Part shown: positions 36,101 to 48,576 of the stretch, in pieces
Layout: each line of letters opens with the position of its first letter
How positions within the stretch are numbered: the stretch's first letter is position 1
From: Tubulanus polymorphus
Taxonomy: Eukaryota; Animalia; Nemertea
Assembly (NCBI RefSeq): GCF_964204645.1
Contig: NC_134025.1
Span: 10,788,001-10,852,000 of the forward strand
Direction of reading: 5' to 3'
DNA length: 64,000 bases
Notes under the pieces: generated by a model
Database searches by the model: none
What the model was told of the DNA's origin: nothing
What the model saw: the letters and a program-made list of their open reading frames with translations, nothing else
Position numbers and translations under genes: made by a program

Positions 36101-37647
36101 TATCGAATACATTCATATTTACAATCGAGATGATTGCTGTTGTAAGTATTTATGTTTCACAAATTTATCCCCGCCAAAATAAAACCTATTTTCATATTTC
36201 AAACAGGCGTAAATATAAAATATCGTAAATGGGAATAATTTCATAGTAAACAGCAAATTGAAAAGTATTCTCGCTTAATCTTTACAAGCCTTAGTACGTA
36301 CATTCAGAATTGTCTTTTAAATGTTTGAAATTTTTCCCGAACAGCTGAAAGACTCCACGATTTTGAAGTTCGCATCGGTAATGATCCTGACCATCGCAAA
36401 AATCAACTTTGCTCCACACACAAAGGCGGTAAGTACACAAGAATTTTCTGGGGCATATAGTGCTGGATTACTGGATGAGTTGAAGGTGGCGTGAACTTTT
36501 TTGGTCAAATCTTTTGATGTCTATAGCGATCATTCGGTATCGTAGAAATACTGTCTATTACCATACCGGTAAATTAACACTATAGCTAATACATTCTGTT
36601 CATTGAATATAGCCGTTCCCGGTGGAAGATATGGACTTGCTAAAATAAAGTGCGACCAAAAGATCTCCGGAAAATACGTCAGCGTCGAGATTAAAGGAGA
36701 CAATGAGATTTTGACTGTCTGCGAAATTTTCGTGTTCCAATGTAGGTTACGAACAAAAATCTGGCTTATCTATATTCTGTCGCGTAGTGAAAATGGGACG
36801 CAAACGTGTGAATTCTTGTTTTACAGTGGAGAGACTGAAAGAATTCGTTCCCCCGACGGAATGCCGTGACAACAGCAAACACTGCCCCGATTGGAAATTC
36901 AGTAAGACGTGCGAGGATCCCAGCCAAGCCCACAACAACAAGCGACTTTGTCAATACACTTGTGAGTACTGTCAACGACCCAACCAGTACCCGCAGATGA
37001 AACCGGACAGTTCGGTAGTAGAATTACCGAAAATAGAGTGTGTCGACGGCAGCTCCATCTGCTGGCATTATCGCTCAAACGACCGATGCGCAAGGAGAGA
37101 AGACTGGTGTCCGCGGGCATGCAAAATAGACTGCGGCGGAGATACAGTTATAGGTGGTAAGGAATCCGGTACCGGGGGTACTGATACTGGTACTGAAACT
37201 GGTGGGGAATGTGTTGATAAGAATAAAGAATGCCCGGGCTGGGCTAACTTCGGAGAGTGTGAAAAGAATCCAGTAACTGTTCAACGATTGTGTCCCCTTT
37301 CCTGTGGAAAATGCAAACCCACCGTTACGACAGCAAAACCAGAGATCGGTGGTGGTACTGACACTGGTACTGGCACTGGCAAGTGTGTTGATACGAATAA
37401 AGAATGCCCAAACTGGGCTAAATTCGGGGAGTGCGAGAAGAACCCAGTGACTGTCCAAAAAGTATGTCCACTTTCTTGTGGAAAATGCAAACCCACCGGA
37501 ACGAAACCAGAAACGGGTGGTGGTACTGGCGCTGGCGATTGTGTTGATAAGAATACAGAATGTCCCGGCTGGGCTAATTACGGAGAGTGTGAGAAGAACC
37601 CAGTGACTGTCAAGAAGCTCTGCCCTAAATCATGTGGTATCTGCTAA
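30194..37647 (+). CDS. Secreted M12B (ADAM/ADAMTS-type) metalloprotease fused to an F-type (fucolectin) lectin domain and 5 ShKT domains; 18 exons, 861 aa
   Basis: Exons 30194-30256, 30621-30666, 31317-31337, 31494-31771, 31983-32124, 32202-32323, 33188-33268, 33511-33618, 33938-34023, 34131-34165, 34304-34418, 34838-34966, 35131-35210, 35647-35766, 36016-36141, 36345-36428, 36613-36741 and 36827-37647; all GT-AG, in frame, 2586 nt. Signal peptide, then prodomain (FKAFGK..CYYIG..AAFTFC) and furin site RTKR. Catalytic domain: YIHPSLG, CKWQ, HELAHGLGMPDD, Met-turn GLMR, WARCS. F-type lectin: NVA..QSS..ATDG..SCTMT..PW..YNRDDCCSERL..GKYVSV..LTVCEIFVF. Five 6-Cys ShKT units. AATAAA at about 37680. 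Confidence 0.85.
30794..31102. mobile_element. Intronic foldback MITE with internal CGTTTCT(G/T)CG repeats
   Basis: TATGGTGGCTGATATTCGGGCCAAGTTA...TAACTTGGCCCGAATCAGCCACCATA, long TIRs of about 90 bp. Confidence 0.8.
32565..33029. mobile_element. Intronic PIF/Harbinger-like MITE
   Basis: TIRs AGCCGCGTTCACACTAG...CTAGTGTGAACGCAGCT, with internal repeats of CGTTCACACTA. Confidence 0.75.
34511..34757. mobile_element. Decayed TA-flanked MITE in the intron that splits the zinc motif
   Basis: TACGGAAGCGTCCTCAGGACAT...ATGTCCCCAGGACGATTCGGTA, imperfect TIRs around A/T-tract repeats. Confidence 0.5.
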
Positions 37648-38071
37648 ACGAAATGTCCATGTAGTTATCAGCCGCGCAAAATAAAGATATCCTGAAATCA
37701 AATTTCAGTTATGTTTCCATTTTGATTGACTTTTTTCTACAGCACGTGAACATGCATAAGTTCTCTTTCCATATCAATCGTTATCCAAAAATGTATTCAA
37801 GCTCATGCGACGTTGGTCACCTCTCCATGAGCCATTGCACAATAAATTTAGTACATCACCTAATTATGGTATACGGTTAGTAAATTAATCACGATGAAAC
37901 ACATCTCGGACAAGGGGATTTTGATTTTATTTCATATTCATTGATACATTAAACATGCTAAAGAGTTGACAATCACATTTTTCTAACCAAAAGACCTACG
38001 TAATTACGTATAAGGAAACTATTTGAACGCAAACTTCGTATAACTTGGTAAAACATAGTCCACCTGATAAT

Positions 38072-38975
38072 CTACCATCTTTTGGCGACTCTAGCTTGAT
38101 ACTCGATCGTTGTTTCCCCTTCTTCCATCAACGGCAGTCCTACGAATAAGAGGTATATCGTGGCACGAATTGAATTGAAGTCACGGTTCGTTTCCGATAC
38201 TAATGCGGCAATTTATGTTGGAAATTCTGAGATATGTAATGAAAGATTTCACAAAAATGGGGTTTATCGTTAAAGAAATGTCTAAAAAACGAAATCAAAC
38301 CCTCTGTTCCCGGCAGGTGTGGTGGGTTTAGTAAGGTACACCATGGACGGGTAAATTGGACGATTTAGACTCAAGTTTATACGTCCATGGTAACACCGAA
38401 TGAAAGCGAATCAAAACAAATCTTCCAAACAAATGAATAACAGGGACCATCCCTATTTCGAGATTCAAAAAGAGTAAATCGAAAAAAGAAAGAAAAAAAA
38501 GAAAAAGCGAATTCTAAATTGTTGATTGTATTGCAACATAATTGCTACGTTAAGCTTCTTTCAAAAGATGGTTCTGAAGATCTATCTATAAGTTGGTCCA
38601 TCGAAAACATGAGCTCTCAGAAATCGCTTGACGGTGCAAAGATGGCCTTTGTTTTGAACTTACCCATTGCGACACGATTTGGAGCCAGGCACCTTATGAA
38701 ACATTTTGGCGTGTACGTTTCGACGTCGATTTTTCGTCTGGTACTGAACGGCAAAATGATCGATACAGTGGTCATACATTCGTCCTGTTGATACTTGTTA
38801 ATGGCGGTCGTGCAACGATGGAAGCGAATACAACTGGGAATACACTTGTCAACTTCGGTTAATTTCGCCGCTTCTTTTCTTGCATTCGGATTACACAGGT
38901 ACACCGAGCATGCGTGCTTTGCGATCTCAATCTCCATGTCGGCGCTCGTGTTTTCGCCAAAGACCCCGGCGTGCA
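38072..38975 (-). CDS. Orphan cysteine-rich protein; last two coding exons, 5' exon(s) unresolved
   Basis: Exon 38975-38664 (acceptor TTCTCTAG, donor ATG G|GTAAGT) joins exon 38139-38072 (acceptor TTCGTAG) in phase 1: HAGVFGENTSADMEIEIAKHACSVYLC...KCIPSCIRFHRC...DEC...KCFIRCLAPNRVAM/GLPLMEEGETTIEYQARVAKRW*. Minus-strand AATAAA at about 37926-37931. Confidence 0.6.
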
Positions 38976-41696
38976 CTAGAGAATATGGAGATAAAAATTC
39001 ATCTGAATTCATCGTAACTTTGATTCGGAGAAAGTGCGCTAAAGCATGCGCTTTTTATGGAACTATTTCCCGTGGGTTGATCGTAATTGGCTTAGTTGTG
39101 AGAGCGCCTTATGAATTGGATTGGAATCAACAAAAACGTAGAACAACGACAGCAAGCCTTGATGAGAATCCTCCTGAGAAAATAACGACACTAATTTTGG
39201 CGGAATGGAAATAGAAAGTTAATGAACGTGTTTACTACGGCCAGATCAAAGGAAAGAACGATAAGAGCAACTATCATGTTTACGCGGAAGTTTGTAACAA
39301 ATGAAAAGCAAAATCTGGAAAGAATGTTTTTCAGTGTTACGTAAAACGTGACGTATGGATTGCCGTGAAAGAAATAAAGGAGGACGTCGTTAACAAAGCC
39401 TCAAATATGGCGACTGATTCCGCAAAATAATTGTGCCATCTATTGCATATCAGGAGCCGATTCATTATTTTACTGTGAAATATTACAATTCGAAATAAAC
39501 TAACTCTAACCCTTGAGTCAAATACAAATATTCACCTACGTTTTACTCTTTTAAACCTGTGGTCTTAACCTGGGACTGAGAGCCTTAAGAATTCATTTAA
39601 GTAACATCAGTGTTGTGTGAACATTTGACTAATGAACCGGAACAGAATTTTCCAATTATTTACTTCGATTTAAACAAAAAGCTCTGTAAACTCTACCCCT
39701 GGTCGCGCATCTATATCTGTAGTTCGATTTCCGATTTCAAAATCAAACACACTACTTCGCTTCCGGCAGGTGTGGTGAGTTTGTAAGGGACACCAAATCC
39801 AAAGAAATGATACCAAATCTGCCAATCAAATAAATTACTATTTCAAGATAAGAAGTAATATGACTGATAAAACTTTATGTCGGCCTGTGAAACGGTCCCC
39901 TTTTTATGTATCAATTCTATATCTAACCCAACAGTACAAAATATTCTGTAAATTCGACCGCCGATCACACAATCATATTTGTACTTGTATCTGTACTTCG
40001 ATTTCAAAATCAAACCCCGTTTCGCTTATGGCAGCAGATGTGTTGGGTTTGTAAGGTACACCAAATCAAAACAAATCAAACGAAATCTACCAATCAAATA
40101 ATGAATAACAGGTCAACCCCTATTTCAAGATCAATATATCAATGCAAATGAATAATTCAGATATTATCAGGAGTCGGTCGATTCCGTATTCTGAATTAAC
40201 CACTGATCATCTTATGAATTCATTTCCACCGCAAAGAGATTTAGATCTAAAATTGTCTAGTTTATAGACTATCTTTCTTCGTGAAAAATGGAAAAATGCT
40301 TCTTTTTTTAATTTGGAATTATATCTAAGCTATAACTACGAAATAAATTTCTCACTCAAAGTTCAAGATTCGATCGCCAGGAATTAGATAGTAAGCTTAA
40401 TTTCAAATAAAGCAACGTACGTTCAGAAGCTAATTCAATGATAAATTCTTATCAATGCGTATGATTTTTGAAAGATTTTACAGAAAGTATTCACGACTTA
40501 CGAACTACATACAAATCAATTTGCACTGACCTGATATGAAAACGGAAAATATTGCGAAAAGCATCTGCATCGTTTTAGCGTTCGAACAGCGGATGGAAAT
40601 GAAAAACATGCTTGAAGAATAAAAGAGATCACGATGACGAAAACAGTCATCATGTGTCTCATATACGTAGCGTCGTACGTCATTCATTTTCAGTTGAGGA
40701 GGCCAATGAAGAAACGCTGCTGCCAGAATTCGCAATCAGCGCCTCATCATTGTAATGAAAAACAAATCCTGAAGGACAATTCTGAAAAACAATTCTGAAA
40801 AACAATTCTGAAAAACATGAATTTGAGAGTCCATCAATCAACTTGATTTCTATGATTATCGCTAACGCGTCAGCTAGACAAAAAATTAAGCCTTTTTCTA
40901 TTTTGGTATCTTTTACATTAAGATACGTGTGACTGATCTGCCACAGCATTGTCATCCGATATCATATATGTGCACAACCCCCGAATTCATGAGTTCCATT
41001 TTCACCATAAAATCACTATGCCAATAAACAGAACGTACAATTCAGATTCTCGAAAGATCTTTGTGACGTATATTCTCAACAGATGAATTCAAAATGGTTA
41101 AGACAATATGTAAATGAAACGTTTTGTCTTTATGGAGGAAAGCTTCTGGAAACTATTGCTTGAACTTGCTAGCAACTTTAATAAGAGTATATAATCCTCT
41201 AATTGCTTAGATTTAAGCGACGTGTAAGTTTGCATCTATTCATTTCTTGAAAATGACTCGAAAAAGAGTCGAAATCGATTGAAACGTGAATCATGTGAAT
41301 AAAATCATTTAACCATCATGACGACTTCTTACTTCTATTTTACTTTTTGGATACTCTTCCGCAATTATAAACTAGAAAAACTAAGTACGTGCGTCAATGT
41401 GTCTGAATTCTACGGCTACATTTCCAAACGTGATAATGATTTGTTTGTAAAAATCTCATTCTACGCATGAATTATGCAGTATTGCTTCGTAATTGAATCT
41501 AAATTATTTCATTAGGTATATAATCCCTATCGTACTATTTTTTTTACTCTAAAATTTCAGGTTGTTATTACAATATATGTCCGTCCAATTATATGGCATT
41601 TTACGATAGCGTTTTAAAATATTTGCAGCACGTGCGAATGTGTCAGTTATCATTCTGAATAGCAACGAGGATATTTGATAGATAAAATTTTCGAAG

Positions 41697-43328
41697 ATGC
41701 GTTATTTTGCATATTTGAAGATGCTACTTTTGTTCGCTGATTTCGTGAATGGTAGCAGCACATATGTAAACAGACGATTCATCGAAACTACCATAAGCAA
41801 GTTGCAGAAACCATTTCAAGCTTTTTCAGACCGCAACTATAGTCAGCTTCACTGCGCCGCTATCTGTACTTCTCAAACTCGATGTAAAGGGTCCAGGACA
41901 GTCTCCACATCGGACACACGAGCTTGCGAATTATACGGGTATCTTTGGTACGAAATAAATGGATCAATCAAAACAATTAACATAGAAGGTAACGTCAGAA
42001 ACATTTTCTTAGATCAGAGAAAATCGCAGATAAGAAATATATTTCGATTATATTATGAAGATATAATTATACAACAAGATTCAAGTAGCCCTCTAAAACC
42101 TTGTAATGAATTCACATTGCTGGGCGCCCGGTTGAACTTCGAATTCTGTCGATTTTTGTAGAACAAGCTTGCCCAGATGGATTCTTTGCTATATATACAT
42201 CGTGCTACAAAATGTCAGATATAAGCATGAATTTCATCGATTCCAAAAGATATTGTTCCGATCGCAACTTTAAACTCGCAGAGCCGAAGTCAAAGAAATT
42301 ACAGTCAGCGCTACGAAAGTACTTGATGAAACGCTACACAGATCGTAAGTACTCAACTCAAACTCTAACGTGTGTTATCAAAATAGCTAAGAAGCGAGAG
42401 AGTAATCTGCTCGATGGTTTGATTTTCATAACGAGATGGCGAAACACGAAATGACTAGATTATAGATGCGTGGCGCAATCGTTTTCAAAGCGACGCATGC
42501 AAAACACAACCAGGCAACTAGTGTCAATTTTGCTCGATGCCGATCGAAGAAATGATCAAAAACACATATGATAGATATACATGTACTTGATATTGATTCA
42601 GCACTTTTACACCCCAAAAGTATTTGCTGGAAGATCAACCTTACAGTGAACGGTTGACCGTAGCCTGCTATATGAGCCTTCTTATACTACACAACGCAAC
42701 AAGCAGGGAATTGATAAATGAATCCACCTGACGATGGCTGTTAGTTAAAATCCATAACGTGGTTTCATTTCGATAAATTCAATCCGGATAGAAGCATTTC
42801 ATTTCGGGACATTTTATTTATCTATTTTATTGACACTGATAAGTGTATTATAATTCGACGAATAACAGGACATTTATTAATCATTTGGGGAATCGCAACA
42901 CCAGGTATCCCACCAGATGGCGTGATTTTCATTGAAATGTGGAAGAAATCGAACGCAGAAGACCGAGTAACTACTAGCACACCTGGTGGATCCTCGCCTG
43001 CCATAAGAGGAATCCACGATTGCCACAGGAGGTCGTAGTTTCCCCATTGATGTTTTCATGGTATGCATGTTTTTGGTATGTATTTATTTTATATATGTTT
43101 TCTAAATTCTCAGAGACCACGAGACTCGGTGGTATAGATCTAGCGACGAAGTCACCTCGTGGTCCATGGGTGTGGGTATCAAACAATGAGCCGATCCAAA
43201 ATTTCAACTGGGATCCAAGCCAACCATCGGAACCAAGCGAAAAATGTTTAGAGATATATGAGCTCGTAGATCATATGTGGAACGATGGACCATGCGAAAC
43301 ATATCGAAAATTCTTATGCGAATTCTAA
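41697..43328 (+). CDS. Secreted PAN/Apple + C-type lectin, copy 1 (QPS/WND), 229 aa
   Basis: Exons 41697-41988, 42162-42344 and 43114-43328 (phase-1 introns). Signal peptide; PAN-like CAAICTSQTRCKG...ACELY; C-type lectin domain CPDGF...CY...C...LA...WVW...NW...QPS...KC...WNDGPC...FLCE. Confidence 0.85.
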
Positions 43329-44382
43329 GAATTCTATAAAGATTGGAAAATGATAATCCGAAGTCAATACTCCCAAAAAGTGAAGATGGTGTACATTCGG
43401 GATACGTAGCTGTTACTGATCAAAATCTAAGTCGCAGAAACCTCGTATGAAGTTGACTCAAATTGTAACTATATACATATAGTCAGTAACGCGCAGCTGA
43501 CCAGGATGAAGATTAAAATACATTTTTCCATGTACACTATTGTACACTATTGTATATAGTCATTATATAGCCTCAGTTACCGAGCATTGCATTGAATTAA
43601 CAATTCACAGCAACGAAAACATAAAAATGTTTTTGAAGGAAGATAATCTCGTAAGTACGCGGTATCACAACGAAGTTTAGGTGTTAATAGAATGGGGGAG
43701 TTGGTCAACAAGCGCCAGTTGAAGGTTTGGGAGGAATCGTAGGCTTAGGTTGCGAGACATAATTCTTTTAATTTGTCGGGTTTTGCAATAAACGGTCAAC
43801 GAAGTTTGAGTGGGAAAGAAAACGCCGATGTAACTTCAATTTTACGCCGTGCCTTATGATTGATACAATTTCAATTTGATTTTTCCACGCTTCATTCCAC
43901 TCATCAAACTACTAAAATTTACAAAAGTGAATAAATGTACATTTCTTCATCTTTACAATAGATAAAACGATATAAAACCTCTGATGTCTTTAAGGTCTAT
44001 CTTATTTTTCTAATCTTAAAATAGCGATTGACCCGGTTATTTATTTGATTGGTAGAATTCGTTTGATTTTTGTTTTGATCGAGTGTCCCTCTAGACCCAC
44101 CAAACCTGCCGGGGGCGAAACAGGGGGTTGATTTTGAAATCGGAAATCGAAGTACATATATAGTTGTGCGATCGGCGGTCGAAATAACATAGTTTTTTGT
44201 TTAAATCGTAGTACATAATTGGGAATTTCGAACCATATTCCATCTTATTACACCCGTACTTCGTTGGTGGTGCGTAATTTAACTTGCGTACATGTATATG
44301 CGTATATGCGTATTCATGACTGTAGTGAACTGTAGAAACAGTTTATTTCCTGTTTATTTATTAAAACTTAACCTCATCTCTC

Positions 44383-44534
44383 AACGAACGAACGAACGAA
44401 CGAACGAACGAACGAACGAACGAACGAACGAACGAACGAACGAACGAACGAACGAACGAACGAACGAACGAACGAACGAACGAACGAACGAACGAACGAA
44501 CGAACGAACGAACGAACGAACGAACGAACGAACG
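44383..44534. repeat. (AACG)38 microsatellite
   Basis: Perfect tetranucleotide run. Confidence 0.98.
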
Positions 44535-44803
44535 TCGCCGTACTTGCAATAATGCCATCTGCTGTTAAAATGAATGTAAACGTTATGTGCAGAAGATATT
44601 TTTGTGGAACAATGAAATTAAAAAAATATTTTTCCCTATGGTACAATATCATTCTCAATTCTGAAATTTCATGTGGTTGTAACAATATTAAAGCCTTACA
44701 ATCATGTCAATTTACGAAAGCATTTTGAAATTTTTGCAGCAAGTGCGAATGTGACAGTTATCATCCTGGATAAGAACGATCATATTCGATAAAGTTTTCG
44801 AAG

Positions 44804-45472
44804 ATGCGTTATTTTGGATACTTGTTCGCTGAGAGGCGAGAGAGTTTTAGTAGCTGGTCTTACTTTTTCATAACTTCAAATTGGACACGCAGACGTATTT
44901 TTGAGACGTAGCGCATTCATTTTCAAAACGATGCATCGAAGAAATGACCAAACACGTGATAGACATCCTTGATATTCAGCACTATTTCACCACAAATAAT
45001 GTTAGCTGGGAAATCAACCTTACGGTGAACGGTTGGCTGTTCTTTTATTGTATCTAACTTTTACTTTACCGAATGCAACAAGCAAGGACTTGAAAAATGA
45101 ACCCACCCGATGATTGCTGTTAGTCAATAGTCGAAACGTGGTTTCATTTCGATGAATCTAATCCCCATAAAAATTATATTGTGGGATTTATTCATTTTAT
45201 CCACAGTGACTAGCTAACAGGGAATTGATACGTCAATGAATTTTTTCAAGATATGTATATTTTTGGTATGTATTTATTGTCTATATGTTTTCCAAATTTT
45301 CAGAGACCACGAGACTCGGTGGTATAGCTCTAGCGACGGACTCCTCGTGGTCCATTGGTGTGTGGGTATCAAACAATGAGCCGATCCAGAATTTTAACTG
45401 GTATCCGCCGAGCAAACCATCGAGTTCAAGCGAAAAATGTATTGAATCAAAAATTCTATATGCGAATTCTAA
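44804..45472 (+). pseudogene. PAN + C-type lectin pseudogene, copy 2
   Basis: Keeps the promoter-proximal sequence and ATGCGTTATTTTG, then jumps to intron-2-like sequence, so most of exon 1 and all of exon 2 are deleted. The exon-3 remnant (45304-45472) has indels and lacks the WND segment. Confidence 0.8.
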
Positions 45473-46188
45473 GTACGATTGAAAAATGGTAATCCAAAGT
45501 CAATGTTCTCATCTCTCAAGAAGTGAAGTGCATACATGTATTAGGATAAAACGTTGCTGTTATTCATCAAAATTTGCGTCGGACGAAATTGATTCAGATT
45601 GTGACTGTAAAGCGCAGCTGATCAGGATGAAGATTGAAATACATTTTTTTCCCGTGCACTGTATGTACTCTACCGATATGACCATATAGCCTAGGTTAAC
45701 AAGTATTTCAATCAATAAAAAAGTTTCCAGTTTCTAGGCGCCATTTTGTGGCGGTCCCTCGAGGTCCCCATTGTTGCGATGATTTGCGCTCATTTTTAAA
45801 ACATAAGTTTAATTTGAAAATCATATAGTTCTGCAGTCCCTTGCTCGATGAACTTAAGTTATACAGCATATAATGAAAATAGATCTGAGAATATTCTGCA
45901 AAATAAATTGCCCATGGGCAAAGTGTGGTTTACCTTGAAAGCTAGAGGTTGTTTGGAGTAAGGGCATTGCTTGAAAAATCTTTTTAATTCGTGACTTCAA
46001 AGATCCACAGTTTATATTGTATTTTATCTTTCCTAAAGAATTATTTTGTAGTCAAATAAGACCGAAGATATACATTTGTTTGCGGTCCACGTCTAAAAGT
46101 TTGTAGGGTACAGGTAGGCACGGCAGGGAAACTATTTTATATTTTCAAAAAAATATGTTTAATATGATATGAAAAAATATTCAAATAA

Positions 46189-46755
46189 GGCCATCCCAAA
46201 ATAATTGTCTGTTTGCTGCAACACCGACTCAACTTTTCAGGATGAGTCGGTAGGTAGGTAGAATTTTTTTTTTGCAAAATTTTTGGGCAAAAAAAAACAA
46301 ATTTTTCACCTTTGGGCTTTTTTACATGGAAACAATATCGCAAAAAATCATCTACGTTGTGCACAGGAAATTTGTCTAATAGCGTAGATTTCAAGAATTA
46401 TTCTAAAATTATAACTTCGTCCAGAGCGTCATCTCTGTCTTAAAAATGAAACGGTACATTGAATATGTGCGCGCTTTCACGTTACCAGCTATTCAGTCAC
46501 TTTAGTCACTATTAGAATGAATGGCAGCTTATTGGAACACTGCCAGTTTCCTGGAAACTTAAACTAGGCCACATGTCAAGGCATGTTTTCACACCATGCA
46601 CACTAGAATTCAAACATACGTAGCTCATAGTCGGTCGGCTGTTTTTATCAAAAATAAAATTTATTTCAATGAATCCTAGAAAAAAGTTTTCACTCGGTAC
46701 CTCTGAAGTCAGGTTGGTCGGGTTACGGCAAACAGACCATTATTTTGGGATGGCC
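46189..46755. mobile_element. PIF/Harbinger MITE with a TAA TSD, present in only one of the two duplicated units
   Basis: TAA|GGCCATCCCAAAATAAT...ATTATTTTGGGATGGCC|TAA; the empty paralogous site TCAAA-TAA-AATTCA is at about 50534-50547. Confidence 0.88.
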
Positions 46756-48576
46756 TAAAATTCATCACATATCAGAGGGTGGCTGAATATTGGGTCTTGG
46801 AAACCTCTTCCAATGTTGGCCACGGAAGCTAAAATATCGGTGGTACAGAAGAAATCGGCTATTAGATCGTTTTAAGTCCTGGAATTTACCACTACAATAT
46901 TCAGACCTCGACAGACCTTTTAGTTTGCTGCTTAGTATTTTCAGGTCACAAGAAATTACAATTTATTACAAATTCTATCGAACAGAAAACACAGCGCTCA
47001 TCTTCTGCTATGATTATTCAGCCTATTTTCATATCAAACGTTCACGCGTTACAGCATCACCGTAGTGTACTGTACGAGCTTGTGTGTGTGTGTGTGTGTG
47101 TGGTGTAGCACTCCGCGTGCATGTGGAGGCCTCGTGTAAGTGAATATTCGCTTACACCTCAATGTCAATCAAAACAATCACCGGGTATTAAAATGAAACA
47201 ATACCTATGGCAGATGAGTGAATAATTACATCCTCACCAGCAATGAGCATTTGAAATCGGCACGTATACGGCACCTAGTCCAATGAAACGTACACCATTC
47301 TATGGCTTTCCCATAATTTTAGTAGCGCCGGAATTCCCCGTATATCCAAAAAACAATCCCATTTGTTCGTAGAGACAACGCCCCCCCAATCGAGGTCATT
47401 GCAATTTTATACGCGAGAGCTAAGAATTTTCCCGCCAAAAACAGTTTTTCGTAGAATTTTAACTCAGTTGACCATGTCATCGACGGAGGTTCGCCATGTC
47501 TTCAATCGCATCGATTATACGTCTTTTAAGCCGAGAACCAATGAAACAAATGCTCACATAAAAAAACGTACCGCGATTTTACATGAATTGGCTCAATGCC
47601 AACATCATATCGCTGACAAAGGTAAACCAAAAATACTATTTAGAAGAAGATCCTATGAAATAAAGCAGTACGCGGTATTACTTGACGGTTGACATGATGG
47701 TAGAATGGACGAAGTTTGGGTGTTAACGAATTAGGAAGTTGGTCAGAAAGCGCCATTTGAAGGTTTGGAAGGAATCGTAAGTTAAGGTTGCGAGAAATGA
47801 TTTCTTTTTTTAATTTGTCGAGTTGTGCAATAAACGGTTGTAAAACAACGCCATTGTTACTTGGAATGTTATACGCCTCATAGTAGTCTGGCTTTCCATG
47901 CTTTCAATTTGATTTTTCCTACGCTTAATTCCATTTTTTAAACTACAACAATTTCCTAAAGTGTATAAATGTATATTTCTTCATTCTTACAATAGATAAA
48001 AAGGGTTTTACGGGATTTCTGTCTAAAACTAACATTCGTGGATAAAATATGCGATGGAATCGGCAAAAAGGGAACGACTGTTATACCAATCACTATCTTT
48101 CTGTAAACAAGCCGGCTTCCATTGTTTGTCCATGCACTTATCAAATCGCGGTAAAAATTGATCACTAACGATGCGGCAAAAGGTGAATTGATCAGTCATT
48201 TAATGCGAGTCGTGTACACGTACAAAGTATAAAGCAAACTAGAAAAACTGTGCGCATGCGTCACTGAGTCTGAATCCCCATCGCCACATTTCCAAATACA
48301 GCCACACGATGATTATTTGCTTGGATGAATCTCAATCTACGTAAAAATGCATCACACAAAAAGCGCGCGATCGCGCGTGTCGGCTATATTGTTGACGTTC
48401 ATTACGTTTGAATCCCCACGGCACTTTGTTCTCAACTCTGAAATTAATGATTATTACATTTAAAGCCGCACAGTGTCATTTTACGATAGCGTTTTGAAAT
48501 ATTTGCAGCAAGTGCGAATGTGACAGTTATCATTCCGGATAGCAACGAGAATATTTTATAGATAAAGTTTTCGGAG

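Noticed and set aside
44292-44685. ORFs with RTNE/SFVR repeats
   Set aside because: Products of the (AACG)n tract.
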